This document shows, piece by piece, positions 28,884-38,216 of a stretch of 64,000 nt of DNA. The translations under genes were made by a program, and so were the position numbers. Where the stretch lies: the NCBI GenBank assembly GCA_963827165.1, contig CAWGZR010000005.1:800001-864000 (forward strand), read 5' to 3'. A model generated the notes under the pieces. That model was not told the origin of the DNA. It did not search any database and saw only the letters and a list, made by a program, of their open reading frames with translations. How positions within the stretch are numbered: the first letter of the stretch is position 1; each line of letters starts with the position of its first letter. The stretch is from Candidatus Bathyarchaeota archaeon (GTDB taxonomy: Archaea > Thermoproteota > Bathyarchaeia > Bathyarchaeales > Bathycorpusculaceae).

Positions 28884-29945
28884 TCACATCGGATGGAAAC
28901 CAGTGCTTTTCAGCGCTGTCGTTTCGTCGAAGCCCATGAGGATGTTCATACATTGCACCCCTTGACCTGAAGCGCCTTTGCACATGTTGTCCAGAGCGGA
29001 GAAAATTAAAAGCCGATTCGCATGTTCGTCAATTTCGAAGCCGACGTCGCAGTAGTTCGTGCCCATTGTCACTTTCGGGTCAGGCAACCGGTATGGTCCT
29101 TTCTGGTATTTCACTAAACGTATAAACGGTTCATTCCCGTACATTCCGCGGAACGCACGCCAGAGGTCTTTGTTTTCGAGTTTTTGTTTTGGAAAAGTGT
29201 GAATTGTTGCTAGGATACCGCGAACGATGTTTACGGCGTGTGGAGTGAAAGAAATTTTCACCGGTTCGCTGGATAATGCATCCAGTTCTTGTTCAATCTC
29301 TGCGATGTGGCGGTGTCCAACTACTTTGTATGGGCGAACTCCATTTGATCGCTCTGGGTGGTGTGAGGCAGGGGAAGGTTTGCTGCCGCCTCCAGAAGAA
29401 CCAACCTTGAGGTCCACGACAATTTTGTCTTTGTCAACTAGCCCTGCCTTTGCTATGGGCGCCAGCCCTAAAATGGCGGCTGTTGCTTCGCAGCCCGGAC
29501 AAGCAACGAGCTTTGCCTTCTTTATTTCTTCGCGGTGAAGCTCAGGCAAGCCATATACAGCTTCTTTGAGCATTTCTGGATGAGCGTGTTTCCAGCCATA
29601 GTAAGTTTCGTAGTCAGATGGGTTCTTGAGGCGGAAGTCAGCGCTCATATCGATTACCTTTAAGCCTCCCTCTAAAAGTTTGGGAACAAGGTTAACAGAA
29701 CCCCCGTGTGGTGTCGCCGTGAAGATTAAATCGCAGTTTTTCTGCAACTCAGCAATGTCTAGCGGCACAAACTTAAGTTGCGTTAAGCCCCGCAGATTCG
29801 GGTGAGCGTTAAACACAAATTCCCCTGCGCTTTGTCTTGAAGTGACCATAGTTACCTCTACTTGCGGGTGAAGAAGCAGTAGGCGCAGCAGTTCGCTGCC
29901 GACGTAGCCTGAACCACCGATTATTCCAATTCTCAACATTTGCAT
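28884..29945 (-). CDS. lysY: [LysW]-aminoadipate/glutamyl-phosphate reductase
   Basis: GGSGYVG, DMSADFRL, YGLPE, PGC, HHPER, DNMCKGASGQ. Confidence 0.94.
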   Translation of the reverse strand: MQMLRIGIIGGSGYVGSELLRLLLLHPQVEVTMVTSRQSAGEFVFNAHPNLRGLTQLKFVPLDIAELQKNCDLIFTATPHGGSVNLVPKLLEGGLKVIDMSADFRLKNPSDYETYYGWKHAHPEMLKEAVYGLPELHREEIKKAKLVACPGCEATAAILGLAPIAKAGLVDKDKIVVDLKVGSSGGGSKPSPASHHPERSNGVRPYKVVGHRHIAEIEQELDALSSEPVKISFTPHAVNIVRGILATIHTFPKQKLENKDLWRAFRGMYGNEPFIRLVKYQKGPYRLPDPKVTMGTNYCDVGFEIDEHANRLLIFSALDNMCKGASGQGVQCMNILMGFDETTALKSTGFHPM

Positions 29946-29965
29946 CCTTCCTCTTTACATTTTGA

Positions 29966-31150
29966 TTAACCGTCAATTAAGCTTTGAGCACCCTTCAAAA
30001 GGGGAACCGCAACGTTAAGACCCGTAGCAAGCCGAGTGTTCTCCCAGAATTCGGGACACGAATTTGATTCATGAAACACAAGGGCACCCTTATTTTTTTC
30101 TAGGCTTTCGTCGATGACGCTTTTGATGTTTTCATAACACTCGCTGTTCGCATAGAGCTGAAAAGCCTTTTCAAGCTTCGTACTCCACAATTGGAAATCA
30201 GTTAGGCGCATTTCATCCTGCTTAACCTTCTGAACGGGCAAGAACGCTTGGCCAGCCTTATCCAGCTGCCCCTTAACGTAAGCGTCATCCGCTGTTTTGT
30301 TTTCCCTGACGTTTACCATTGCATCCAAGGCAAAAATCCATGCTTCACTGCCTTTGCCAAGAGTTTTACCGCATTTCACTGCAAGTTCCTGAACAGTTCT
30401 GGGTAGTTTAGCTCCGAAAACCAGGTTGCCTAAAAAGGTGTTCGTTCTAAAATCTTTAAAGCCCGCCCGCGCCATCGCAGTCGGGTAGCAGACAGGTTGT
30501 TTACCCTTTTCTTTTGAAACGATAATCCGCAGATCGTAAAACCATTTTTCAACGAGTTCCTGCGCAACCACACCGACTGGGTTGATAATTGACGGTTTCG
30601 TTTCCTTGATATTGGCAACAAGTTCCTCAGCGTTTTTCGCCAGCATAATCATTTTGCCATGCGTTCCAGCGTCAGCCTTAATGACTATACCCTCCGCGAG
30701 AGGGATTTCCTGCTGGAAAAGTTCAGCTATGTCCTTCTCGTTGTGGATTTCTTGGCGATTCTTGAGGGTGTCGGTTGGGTCACAGGGGACATAAACTGTC
30801 TTGGGAATTGGCAAGCCTTCCTTCCATAACTTAAGCAAAGTGCGTAGTTTGCTATAGCAGACGAATTCGGCTTGGGATGTGTTTAGGGTTTTTTTGCCAA
30901 GTTGCTCCATGAAGTATGAGGCTTGGAGTCTGCGGTTTTTGCTTTGGGCACGATTAAGCACAACCGCGACGTCTTCAATTGTCGCAGTATAGTTTTTTCC
31001 TTTTGTTTTGGCTTTAAAGCCTTCTTTGGAGATAGAGAGGGCGATTTTTCTGAAGGGCAGAAAGGTCAGGTCGACGTCTAATTGATGCGCGGTTAGTTTG
31101 ATGCCGTTTTCATCATTTTCGGACCGTTCATACAAAAGGGCAATGCTCAA
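29966..31150 (-). CDS. lysX: Divergent, extended LysX/ArgX-like ATP-grasp ligase
   Basis: Lies between lysW and lysY; IPKT, KADAGTHG, YDLRII, FRTNT, ESNSCPEF motifs. Confidence 0.75.
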   Translation of the reverse strand: MSIALLYERSENDENGIKLTAHQLDVDLTFLPFRKIALSISKEGFKAKTKGKNYTATIEDVAVVLNRAQSKNRRLQASYFMEQLGKKTLNTSQAEFVCYSKLRTLLKLWKEGLPIPKTVYVPCDPTDTLKNRQEIHNEKDIAELFQQEIPLAEGIVIKADAGTHGKMIMLAKNAEELVANIKETKPSIINPVGVVAQELVEKWFYDLRIIVSKEKGKQPVCYPTAMARAGFKDFRTNTFLGNLVFGAKLPRTVQELAVKCGKTLGKGSEAWIFALDAMVNVRENKTADDAYVKGQLDKAGQAFLPVQKVKQDEMRLTDFQLWSTKLEKAFQLYANSECYENIKSVIDESLEKNKGALVFHESNSCPEFWENTRLATGLNVAVPLLKGAQSLIDG

Positions 31151-31213
31151 CGCTGTCCACCAAAAAAATACTTAAAAAACTCAACTGAATGAAAGCTTAG
31201 CAGTGAATGCTGC

Positions 31214-31387
31214 TTATTCTCCCCAGTCTTCCCCTTCAATCGTTAACTCTTGAAGGTCTACGCATCCGCCTTTGACTTGCTTAACTTCAAGTTCAAGCCC
31301 GCAACCCGGGCAGCTGAGGATTTCTCCTTTCTCCGTGTCAACTGGCACATCAAGCTCGGCGTCACAGTCAGGACATTTTGCCTTCAT
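31214..31387 (-). CDS. lysW: Amino-group carrier protein LysW (in-frame upstream ATG at 31420)
   Basis: CPDC/CPGC zinc finger and C-terminal EDWGE. Confidence 0.97.
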   Translation of the reverse strand: MKAKCPDCDAELDVPVDTEKGEILSCPGCGLELEVKQVKGGCVDLQELTIEGEDWGE

Positions 31388-31416
31388 GCATTGGACATTT
31401 GAATTTACAGGTTTAA

Positions 31417-31464
31417 TCATTTTTTATTCGTCACTTTATTTTTTATTGGAAATGACTTTTCCAT
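31417..31464 (-). CDS. Candidate Lys-rich leader ORF MEKSFPIKNKVTNKK
   Basis: 5/15 Lys, ends KK-stop; the TGA overlaps (ATGA) an ATG in frame with lysW. Confidence 0.3.
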   Translation of the reverse strand: MEKSFPIKNKVTNKK

Positions 31465-31583
31465 TAATTCACTACTAAATTTAAACATTGTGACTGATTT
31501 GTTACAACTTGGACTGTGAATGTTCCATTTGGTGCATTTGTCTGGACAAGACAAACAGGAATCAGTCAACAAACACGCTGAAT

Positions 31584-31600
31584 TCAACGAAAACCGTACC
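31584..31600 (+). promoter_or_regulatory. Candidate LysM/Lrp operator
   Basis: tcaacgaaaaccgtacc resembles the Sulfolobus LysM site as recalled (GGTTCTAAAATCGTACC); lies between lysW and lysM. Confidence 0.4.
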
Positions 31601-31668
31601 GTTCGCCACACAAATACAAGGGAAAACGTTAAATTTTCCCCAAAACAATAACCCCATGGTGAACGCGG

Positions 31669-32079
31669 TTGGATGAAAAAGACAAGGAAATAATAAAGTT
31701 ACTGAAAGATAATGCACGTGTAGGCTATGGCGAAATAGGCGCAAAAATCGCGCTATCGGAAGGTGCGGTGCGAAAAAGAATAAAAACGCTATCGGACAAC
31801 GGAACGATACTTAAATTCACAGTTAAAATCAACCTGGCGGAAGGCGCACAAGCCATAACTTTGCTTACCGCGGACACTGCTTATCCCACGCAGGAAGTTT
31901 CAAAGAAAATCCAAGCCATCCCAAACGTGGAAACAACCTATGAGGTCAGCGGCGAATACGATATTGTCGCTGTAATCGGCGGCATGAATATGGCTGAAGT
32001 TAATGAATCAATCGAAAAAATCCGTATGGTTGAAGGCATAGTTAAAACCAACACAATGATTGTCCTGCGCAGTTCATGA
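31669..32079 (+). CDS. lysM: Lrp/AsnC-family regulator LysM
   Basis: MDEKDKEII...SEGAVRKRI HTH plus YEVSGEYDI RAM domain; divergent from lysW. Confidence 0.85.
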   Translation: MDEKDKEIIKLLKDNARVGYGEIGAKIALSEGAVRKRIKTLSDNGTILKFTVKINLAEGAQAITLLTADTAYPTQEVSKKIQAIPNVETTYEVSGEYDIVAVIGGMNMAEVNESIEKIRMVEGIVKTNTMIVLRSS

Positions 32080-32218
32080 TAGAAACGTCCTTGATTTTGT
32101 GATGGCCATGGAGTTTTTCTTAGAACTGTTGCCACGTTGAACAAACAGGAAGTTAAAGATAGAATCAATAATGCTTATTAAGATTCACTATACAATTGTT
32201 TTTTGGAAGAGAGCAGAT

Positions 32219-32863
32219 ATGAATGAAAAACTGCAAGAAAGCGCTCAATACCTCAGATGCTTCAACAACCTGGAAATGGAGTCTTTCCGTGTTTACGAAG
32301 CGTTATCTAAGAAAATAAACCAGCCTGAAAGCAGCTTCCTCTTGGGGTTAGCTTATGACAGTCTCAAATGCTCAAAAATAATTCAAGGAATACTTTCCCA
32401 CGTTGATCTCTCGGAAATCGAAGGTGCGGAATGCAAAAAAGAAATAGCGGAATTAGCCAGGGAAATCTCAACGCTTACCAAAATAGTATCTACCATCAAC
32501 AATTTGAATCCCCTGATTAGCTGCGAAATACTAAGCGAACTAATCAACATGGAAGACCTCTTAAACGAAACCTACACAACTTACATTCAATCGTCCGCGA
32601 CGAAGTTTGTCGCCGATGAATTTTCGGCGCTGATCCCGCAAAGCTCAAACAATTTCAAGAGAATCTTTGATTCCTTCGTGGAGGAAAAAGAAGAGCATCG
32701 CCGAACCCTCATTGAAGTCATCTACAGTCTAGAATCCAAAGAAGCTGAAAAAATCCGACATGTGTCACCCGTCGTGAAATACCAAAACCCAGACGTATGG
32801 TACCACGAGTCAACCATCCACGCCTTTACAAGAATACCCGTAAGAGCAAAAGCGCAACCTTAA
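32219..32863 (+). CDS. Hypothetical helical protein, possibly ferritin-like
   Basis: Long ORF with E...Y and EKEEH patterns; start uncertain (32171 or 32219). Confidence 0.65.
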   Translation: MNEKLQESAQYLRCFNNLEMESFRVYEALSKKINQPESSFLLGLAYDSLKCSKIIQGILSHVDLSEIEGAECKKEIAELAREISTLTKIVSTINNLNPLISCEILSELINMEDLLNETYTTYIQSSATKFVADEFSALIPQSSNNFKRIFDSFVEEKEEHRRTLIEVIYSLESKEAEKIRHVSPVVKYQNPDVWYHESTIHAFTRIPVRAKAQP

Positions 32864-33310
32864 GCCGAGTAGCCCCAATCAGCCTCCGCCTTTTCTTTTT
32901 TATTTGGCATTTGCCTCATCGTTTTTTGAACGCTCAAATATATGGCATCAAGAGATAGATACACAAGAATAGGCGCGATGATAGTTCAGTGTGTGTAACA
33001 TCACCTAGTGACTATATGCGCTTTATTTACGCCAAATATGATTCAACATACTTTCACATAGAAATTGAATCGCGTTGTTGCATGCTGAACTGATGCCCTT
33101 TAACATATCAAACGTTGCTTTTCACCTTGAAATAATGGTGGTTCTTGAGGTTAACATGGGGCTGCTTGTGGTCTCGTAATTGGGTGAAAGTTTAGTTTTG
33201 TGATTTTTGGCTTTGGGTCGTTTTTCACTTTCACTTACGCCTCCCCTACCCTGCATTGTAGTTTCTCAGTTCGCCTTTTAACCAAGACTAAAAGATAACG
33301 TGACTCACAG

Positions 33311-33556
33311 GTGATTCAGATCAAAAAGAAAACAGTACTGCTAGCTACGCAGGAAGACCTCGAGGTCGATTTGACGCTTCACGATGTCCCAGCCTCTCTT
33401 CTCAGCGAGTTTGCAGAAAAAATTGTAGGACCCTACTACAGAGGCAACTTGAACGCTGCCGTTCAAGACCTAATAGGCAAAGCCCTGTCCGAACAAGAAT
33501 TTATCCACTCGCACATAACCCACATCAAAAGTCCCACCGACTCCGGAAGGAAGTAG
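33311..33556 (+). CDS. Hypothetical protein, 81 aa
   Basis: Protein-like ORF convergent with rpiA. Confidence 0.65.
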   Translation: MIQIKKKTVLLATQEDLEVDLTLHDVPASLLSEFAEKIVGPYYRGNLNAAVQDLIGKALSEQEFIHSHITHIKSPTDSGRK

Positions 33557-33558
33557 CC

Positions 33559-34293
33559 CTAAAAACTAAAAGCGGTTCCGCCTATCTTTTTCCGCTGAAT
33601 TTTCTCAAGACCGCTTTCTTTTCCAAGATAAACAATATCTGTTAACCCGACAAAAAAGCCTGTTTCGACTACCCCTGGAATCATTTTCACCTTGGCATCC
33701 AACTCGGCTGGCGAGGCGATTTCGCCGAAATAAACATCTAAGATAACATTGCCGTTGTCGGTTATTGTTGGACCAAGTTTGCCTTTCCCTTCGCGCAGAA
33801 CAGGTTGACCTCCAATGCACGCGATTTTTCGTTTCACAAGTGAAATCCCGAATGGCAAGACCTCTACGGGTACACCTTGCTTTTTTTCTCCGAGCAACTT
33901 CACCTTTTTTTGTTCGTCCGCTATTATAACGTTCAGTTTTGAGGCTGCTGCAACAATTTTTTCCCTTGCCAAAGCCGCTCCCATGCCCTTGATAAGATAT
34001 AATTCGGGGGTTACTTGGTCTGCGCCGTCGATTGTTACATCGACTTCGGGGTGCTCATCCAAGGTTGTAACTGGGATCCCGCATTTGACCGCAAGCAGGA
34101 AAGCTTGGTACGAAGTGGGGATACCCATGAGATGTAGGTTTTCGCTTTTCGCTCTTTCGCCTAAAGCTTCTATGGCAAAGGCGGCTGTGCTTCCACTGCC
34201 TAAACCAACAATGAAGCCATCCTCAATGTGTTTAACCGCGGCTAACGCTGCATTCCGTTTTTGCTCTTGTATTGGGTCAAGGTTAACTTTCAA
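33559..34293 (-). CDS. rpiA: Ribose-5-phosphate isomerase A
   Basis: GLGSGST, DGADQV, IKGMGAALAREK, TDNGN, PGVVETG. Confidence 0.97.
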   Translation of the reverse strand: MKVNLDPIQEQKRNAALAAVKHIEDGFIVGLGSGSTAAFAIEALGERAKSENLHLMGIPTSYQAFLLAVKCGIPVTTLDEHPEVDVTIDGADQVTPELYLIKGMGAALAREKIVAAASKLNVIIADEQKKVKLLGEKKQGVPVEVLPFGISLVKRKIACIGGQPVLREGKGKLGPTITDNGNVILDVYFGEIASPAELDAKVKMIPGVVETGFFVGLTDIVYLGKESGLEKIQRKKIGGTAFSF

Positions 34294-35038
34294 TTTCCAT
34301 CTGCCCCAGCTTGTCTAAAACCTTCTCCACTTCACTTCTAATCGAGTCAATCCGTTTCTCAGACTCGGTTTTTTGGTCGGGCTTTTCTTCAGGAGGTTTG
34401 CGTTTCCTCTTTTGCTTTTCCTCGCCCGTGGGTTCTGTTGCTTCCTCTCCTTCCTCCTCATCGCTCTTCTCCATCTGGGCAGCAGGAGTGGGGGTGGGCA
34501 TTTTAATTGGAATTTCCTTTATAGGCTTAACATCTATTCGGGTTCTTAGCTCCTCAACTTTTGAGGTTATGTCGCTGAAGCGTTCGCTGAAAAGCTTCAT
34601 CAGGTCTTCCTGCATGCTTTCCAAGTCGTGAAGCGCCACTATGGATTCGTCTTTCGAAATGGATTCCTTAATTGCCGCCATCCTTGAGGTGTAGGTAGAT
34701 TGAAGCTTCTCTCGTTCTGCTTCTGTGATTTTTCCTTCACTTTGAGCCTCGTAAAGGCGGCGGATGGCGTCACCTAGAATATCGCGTTCCAAATCAAGCA
34801 TGCGCAATTCGTCTTTAGCTGTGGACGCGGTTGATGCCTGAACGCTCTTAGAAATCTTAAAAGGTGCACTTGTCGGGATAAGTCCTAAATCACTCGTCAT
34901 TGACCGCGGCTTTTGTGGGTTTTTGCTTGGCAACCCTTTGGGCCCCGTGCGTCGCATAGCGAAAATGACCACTCCGCATGCGGCGATTATTACTACAGCA
35001 ACTGCAGTTACTGTTAACGGGTCGTCGTACCAAGCCAT
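34283..35038 (-). CDS. Membrane-anchored coiled-coil hypothetical protein
   Basis: N-terminal TM helix, heptad-rich core, charged tail; overlaps the rpiA start. Confidence 0.8.
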   Translation of the reverse strand: MAWYDDPLTVTAVAVVIIAACGVVIFAMRRTGPKGLPSKNPQKPRSMTSDLGLIPTSAPFKISKSVQASTASTAKDELRMLDLERDILGDAIRRLYEAQSEGKITEAEREKLQSTYTSRMAAIKESISKDESIVALHDLESMQEDLMKLFSERFSDITSKVEELRTRIDVKPIKEIPIKMPTPTPAAQMEKSDEEEGEEATEPTGEEKQKRKRKPPEEKPDQKTESEKRIDSIRSEVEKVLDKLGQMEIES

Positions 35039-35139
35039 GCCTAGCTGTCCTCGGTATCTTGATTATGTACCATTAATATATAAATTATACAAATTCCCGC
35101 GGATTTCCCGGCTTGTGCTCCAACAAAAAAGCCTTTTTT

Positions 35140-35970
35140 TTATTTTTGTTCGTCTAATGTTTTCAGCATACTTCCCGACTGGTAGCCTTCGAGATCAAAC
35201 GTCACGTATTTGAAACCAAGGTTCTTCAAGGCCTCATTTACGTTGTCCAAAACTTTAATGTTGCAAAAGACGTTTCGTTCTGTTTTTGCTACTTCTATTC
35301 TGGCTAAGCCGTTGTGGGCCCTCACCCTAACCTGCTTAACACCTGTTAACGCTTTAACGGCTTGCTCTGCCTTGTCGACTCGATTCAATTTGTCAGCAGT
35401 TATTCTCTCGTTAAAGGGTATCCTCGATGCTAAACATGCCAAGGCAGGCTTGTCATGAACGCTCACTCCAATTTGTTTTGCCACTTGCCGAATTTCGCTT
35501 TTGCTGAATTTATTAAGCATCCAAGGGCTGCAGACATTTTTTGCTTCTTTCACTGCTTGAAAGCCTGGTCTGTGATCGTTTAGATCGGAGAAGTTTGTGC
35601 CTTCAAAAACGGTTTTGAACCCGAGTTCATGTGCAAAGTCTGTCAAGTTTTTGAGCAATTCTTTCTTGCAGTAATAACATCGATTTTCAGGGTTCCGGCT
35701 GAAATCCTCGTTAGATAACTCGTCAGTTTCAATGATAAAAAGTTTGATACCTATTTCTTTGGCTACTCTATTGGCGTCCTCGAGCTCTTCAGACGTGTAA
35801 GTTGGAGACTTCGCAGTGACAGCCACAACTTTGTCGCCCAGAACCTTATGGCTAACCGCTGCCAATGTTGAGCTGTCTACACCTCCAGAGAAAGCCACGA
35901 CAACGCCCTCTTTTCCAGTTTGTCTTATGAAACATCTGAGTCGCTCTATTTTGTCGCTTAACTCTGTCAC
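35140..35970 (-). CDS. larE: ATP-dependent sulfur transferase for nickel-pincer nucleotide synthesis
   Basis: AFSGGVDS, RCYYCK, RPG, ACLASRIP, VRVR, GYQSGS. Confidence 0.93.
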   Translation of the reverse strand: MTELSDKIERLRCFIRQTGKEGVVVAFSGGVDSSTLAAVSHKVLGDKVVAVTAKSPTYTSEELEDANRVAKEIGIKLFIIETDELSNEDFSRNPENRCYYCKKELLKNLTDFAHELGFKTVFEGTNFSDLNDHRPGFQAVKEAKNVCSPWMLNKFSKSEIRQVAKQIGVSVHDKPALACLASRIPFNERITADKLNRVDKAEQAVKALTGVKQVRVRAHNGLARIEVAKTERNVFCNIKVLDNVNEALKNLGFKYVTFDLEGYQSGSMLKTLDEQK

Positions 35971-35975
35971 GCAGA

Positions 35976-37229
35976 TTACCTGTTTTCGATGAAGACTTCT
36001 CGCGCCTTTGAAACGGCCATTTCAGCAAGTTCGCGGAGCGGCTTTTTGGTTTTTTCGGCCAACTTTTTAAGGTCCTCATACTCGGGTTTTATTCTAATGA
36101 TACTCCCATTGGAGTCTTTTGCGATTTTAACGCTAACTATCTCCTTTGTTCCGCCGACAAGTATTTCCACAGAGAGTGATTCTCTGTTGATAATGTGCCT
36201 TTCGCAAAGATAAGCTCGGACGCCCAGTGTTCCTGTCTCTTCAATCAACACGCGGGATAGTCGATTGGCGTCTTTTTGGTCAGCAAAAACCTTTATGATT
36301 TGTCCAGGCCTGTTCTTTTTAGTCAACATTGGAATGACGCTTACATCCTTTGCTCCTTCTGAGATAAGCCTGTCAATGGTGTGACCCACGATTTCTCCCG
36401 AAACATCGTCAACGTTAGTTTCTAGCACCGCAATCTGGTCCTGAATCAAGTAGTTCTCTAAAGATTTCCCCATGACTATTCTTAGAACATTTGGGATTTC
36501 AGGGAAATCCTTTCCACCTGCGCCGTAACCGACTTTCAACGGAGCCATTTCAGGATAAAAACGGTTTACTTCATTTGCCAAATTTACAATTAACGAGGCG
36601 CCAGTAGGAGTAGCTAACTCTGACTCCACGGGTCCGCCTTTGATCGGGAAATTTTTTGATTGAAAAATAGCCAATGCCGCCGGTGAGGGGCTCGAGACTG
36701 TGCCGTGCGAGAACTGGAAGAGTCCTCCGCCAACGGACACGGGGGTTGCAACGATTTTCGCGTCGAAGAAACCGAGATCGTCCATGGCGACAGCTGAGCC
36801 GAGTATTTCGGCGGCGGTGTCAACCAATCCGACTTCATGCAGATGCGCTTCGGCTAAATGGTGCCCATGAAGATTCGCTTCAGCTTCAACTAGCGTAAGT
36901 ATAACGTTCGAGGCGAACCGCTTTGCCTTTGCGGAGAGAACTATTTTCTCAGCCGTTTTTTCAACTATCTCGACTAATTGGTGGCCATCCTTTGGTGTTT
37001 TTCCTTCGGCGGTGACGTCCACTTTGGTCGCCCGAAAGCCCTTTCGCATAACATGCTCGACGCTCACAGCAACGTTATTATAGCCGTATTCTGAGCTTTC
37101 CAAACACATTATAGCGGAAATAACTTTATCCTTGCTTGCACCGAGATCCAGTAACGCACCCAGCATCATGTCTCCCGCAACGCCAGCGACTTGACAGTCA
37201 ACTATAACTATTTTAGAAAAATCAGTCAT
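35976..37229 (-). CDS. larC: Nickel-pincer cofactor nickel insertase
   Basis: GVAGDMMLGAL, HLHEVG, TPTGA, ETNVDD, KKNRPG, ETGTLGVR, KPEYED. Confidence 0.95.
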   Translation of the reverse strand: MTDFSKIVIVDCQVAGVAGDMMLGALLDLGASKDKVISAIMCLESSEYGYNNVAVSVEHVMRKGFRATKVDVTAEGKTPKDGHQLVEIVEKTAEKIVLSAKAKRFASNVILTLVEAEANLHGHHLAEAHLHEVGLVDTAAEILGSAVAMDDLGFFDAKIVATPVSVGGGLFQFSHGTVSSPSPAALAIFQSKNFPIKGGPVESELATPTGASLIVNLANEVNRFYPEMAPLKVGYGAGGKDFPEIPNVLRIVMGKSLENYLIQDQIAVLETNVDDVSGEIVGHTIDRLISEGAKDVSVIPMLTKKNRPGQIIKVFADQKDANRLSRVLIEETGTLGVRAYLCERHIINRESLSVEILVGGTKEIVSVKIAKDSNGSIIRIKPEYEDLKKLAEKTKKPLRELAEMAVSKAREVFIENR

Positions 37230-37307
37230 TGGGTTTCAACCGCTTGCTAATATTAAAAAAGGCAAAAACGATATATTACTTGTGGTTCTAAGGCAGGTGA
37301 CTGAGTT

Positions 37308-38093
37308 ATGAGCGCATTGAAGGATATTTTGGAAAAAACTGCTAAAGGCAAGTTAACGGTTGAAGAAGCAGAGAAACTCGTCCGTTTGCAAGCTATCGCT
37401 GAACTTGAAGGAATGGCGAAAATCGATTTTAACAGAGAACAAAGAAAAGGCATTCCTGAAGTAATCTTGGCAGAAAACAAGACACCGTCGGATGTGGTTG
37501 ACATTACCCTGCGTATGATGGGTGAATGCGGGCGGGTTATAGTCAGTAGGTGCAGCCAACTGCAAATTCAAACGCTAAAAGATTCGTTACCTAACGGCGC
37601 TCTGATCGAGGTGAATGACAAAGCAAGGATAGCTGTGGTAAAAACTAAGGGGTTTTCGGTAAAGAAGACTGGCGGTAAAGTTGGGATTTTGACGGCGGGT
37701 ACTTCTGACATTCCTGTGGCTGAGGAGGCGAGGGTTATTTCTGAGCAAATGGGCTGCGAAGTTTACGCGTCATACGATTTAGGAGTAGCGGGTATCCACA
37801 GGTTGTTGACTCCGTTGAAGGATTTAATCACCAAGGATGTTGACGTAGTCATTGTTGTTGCAGGCAGGGAAGGTGCATTATGCTCTGTCGTCGCGGGTAT
37901 GGTTAATGTTCCTGTAGTTGCGGTTCCAACCTCTAACAGCTACGGGTTTGGCGAAAAAGGTGTTAGCACTCTTATGGCTATGCTGCAGTCATGCTCATTG
38001 GGGTTGTCTGTTGTTAACATTGACGCGGGAGTTGCCGCGGGTGCAGCAGCAACAATGATTGCTAATCGAGTAGCCAAATTTCGAGAGAAATAG
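37308..38093 (+). CDS. larB: NaAD carboxylase/hydrolase
   Basis: RKGIPEVI, AGTSDIPVAEEA, DLGVAGIHRL, AVPTS, VVNID. Confidence 0.95.
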   Translation: MSALKDILEKTAKGKLTVEEAEKLVRLQAIAELEGMAKIDFNREQRKGIPEVILAENKTPSDVVDITLRMMGECGRVIVSRCSQLQIQTLKDSLPNGALIEVNDKARIAVVKTKGFSVKKTGGKVGILTAGTSDIPVAEEARVISEQMGCEVYASYDLGVAGIHRLLTPLKDLITKDVDVVIVVAGREGALCSVVAGMVNVPVVAVPTSNSYGFGEKGVSTLMAMLQSCSLGLSVVNIDAGVAAGAAATMIANRVAKFREK

Positions 38094-38216
38094 TATGTGA
38101 TGATTTTTCGAGGGAAATTTCAACATTGAGTTTTCCGCTAAAGAGTATGATTTATCTTTAACAAGTTACCATTTGCTGTTTAGGTAGAGAGGGCGTATTT
38201 GTGAGTTTGAAGAGAA

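Noticed and set aside
28879-28983. 35-aa N-terminal extension of lysZ in the ORF track
   Set aside because: Overlaps lysY; the family starts at MLLVIKMGG (28878).
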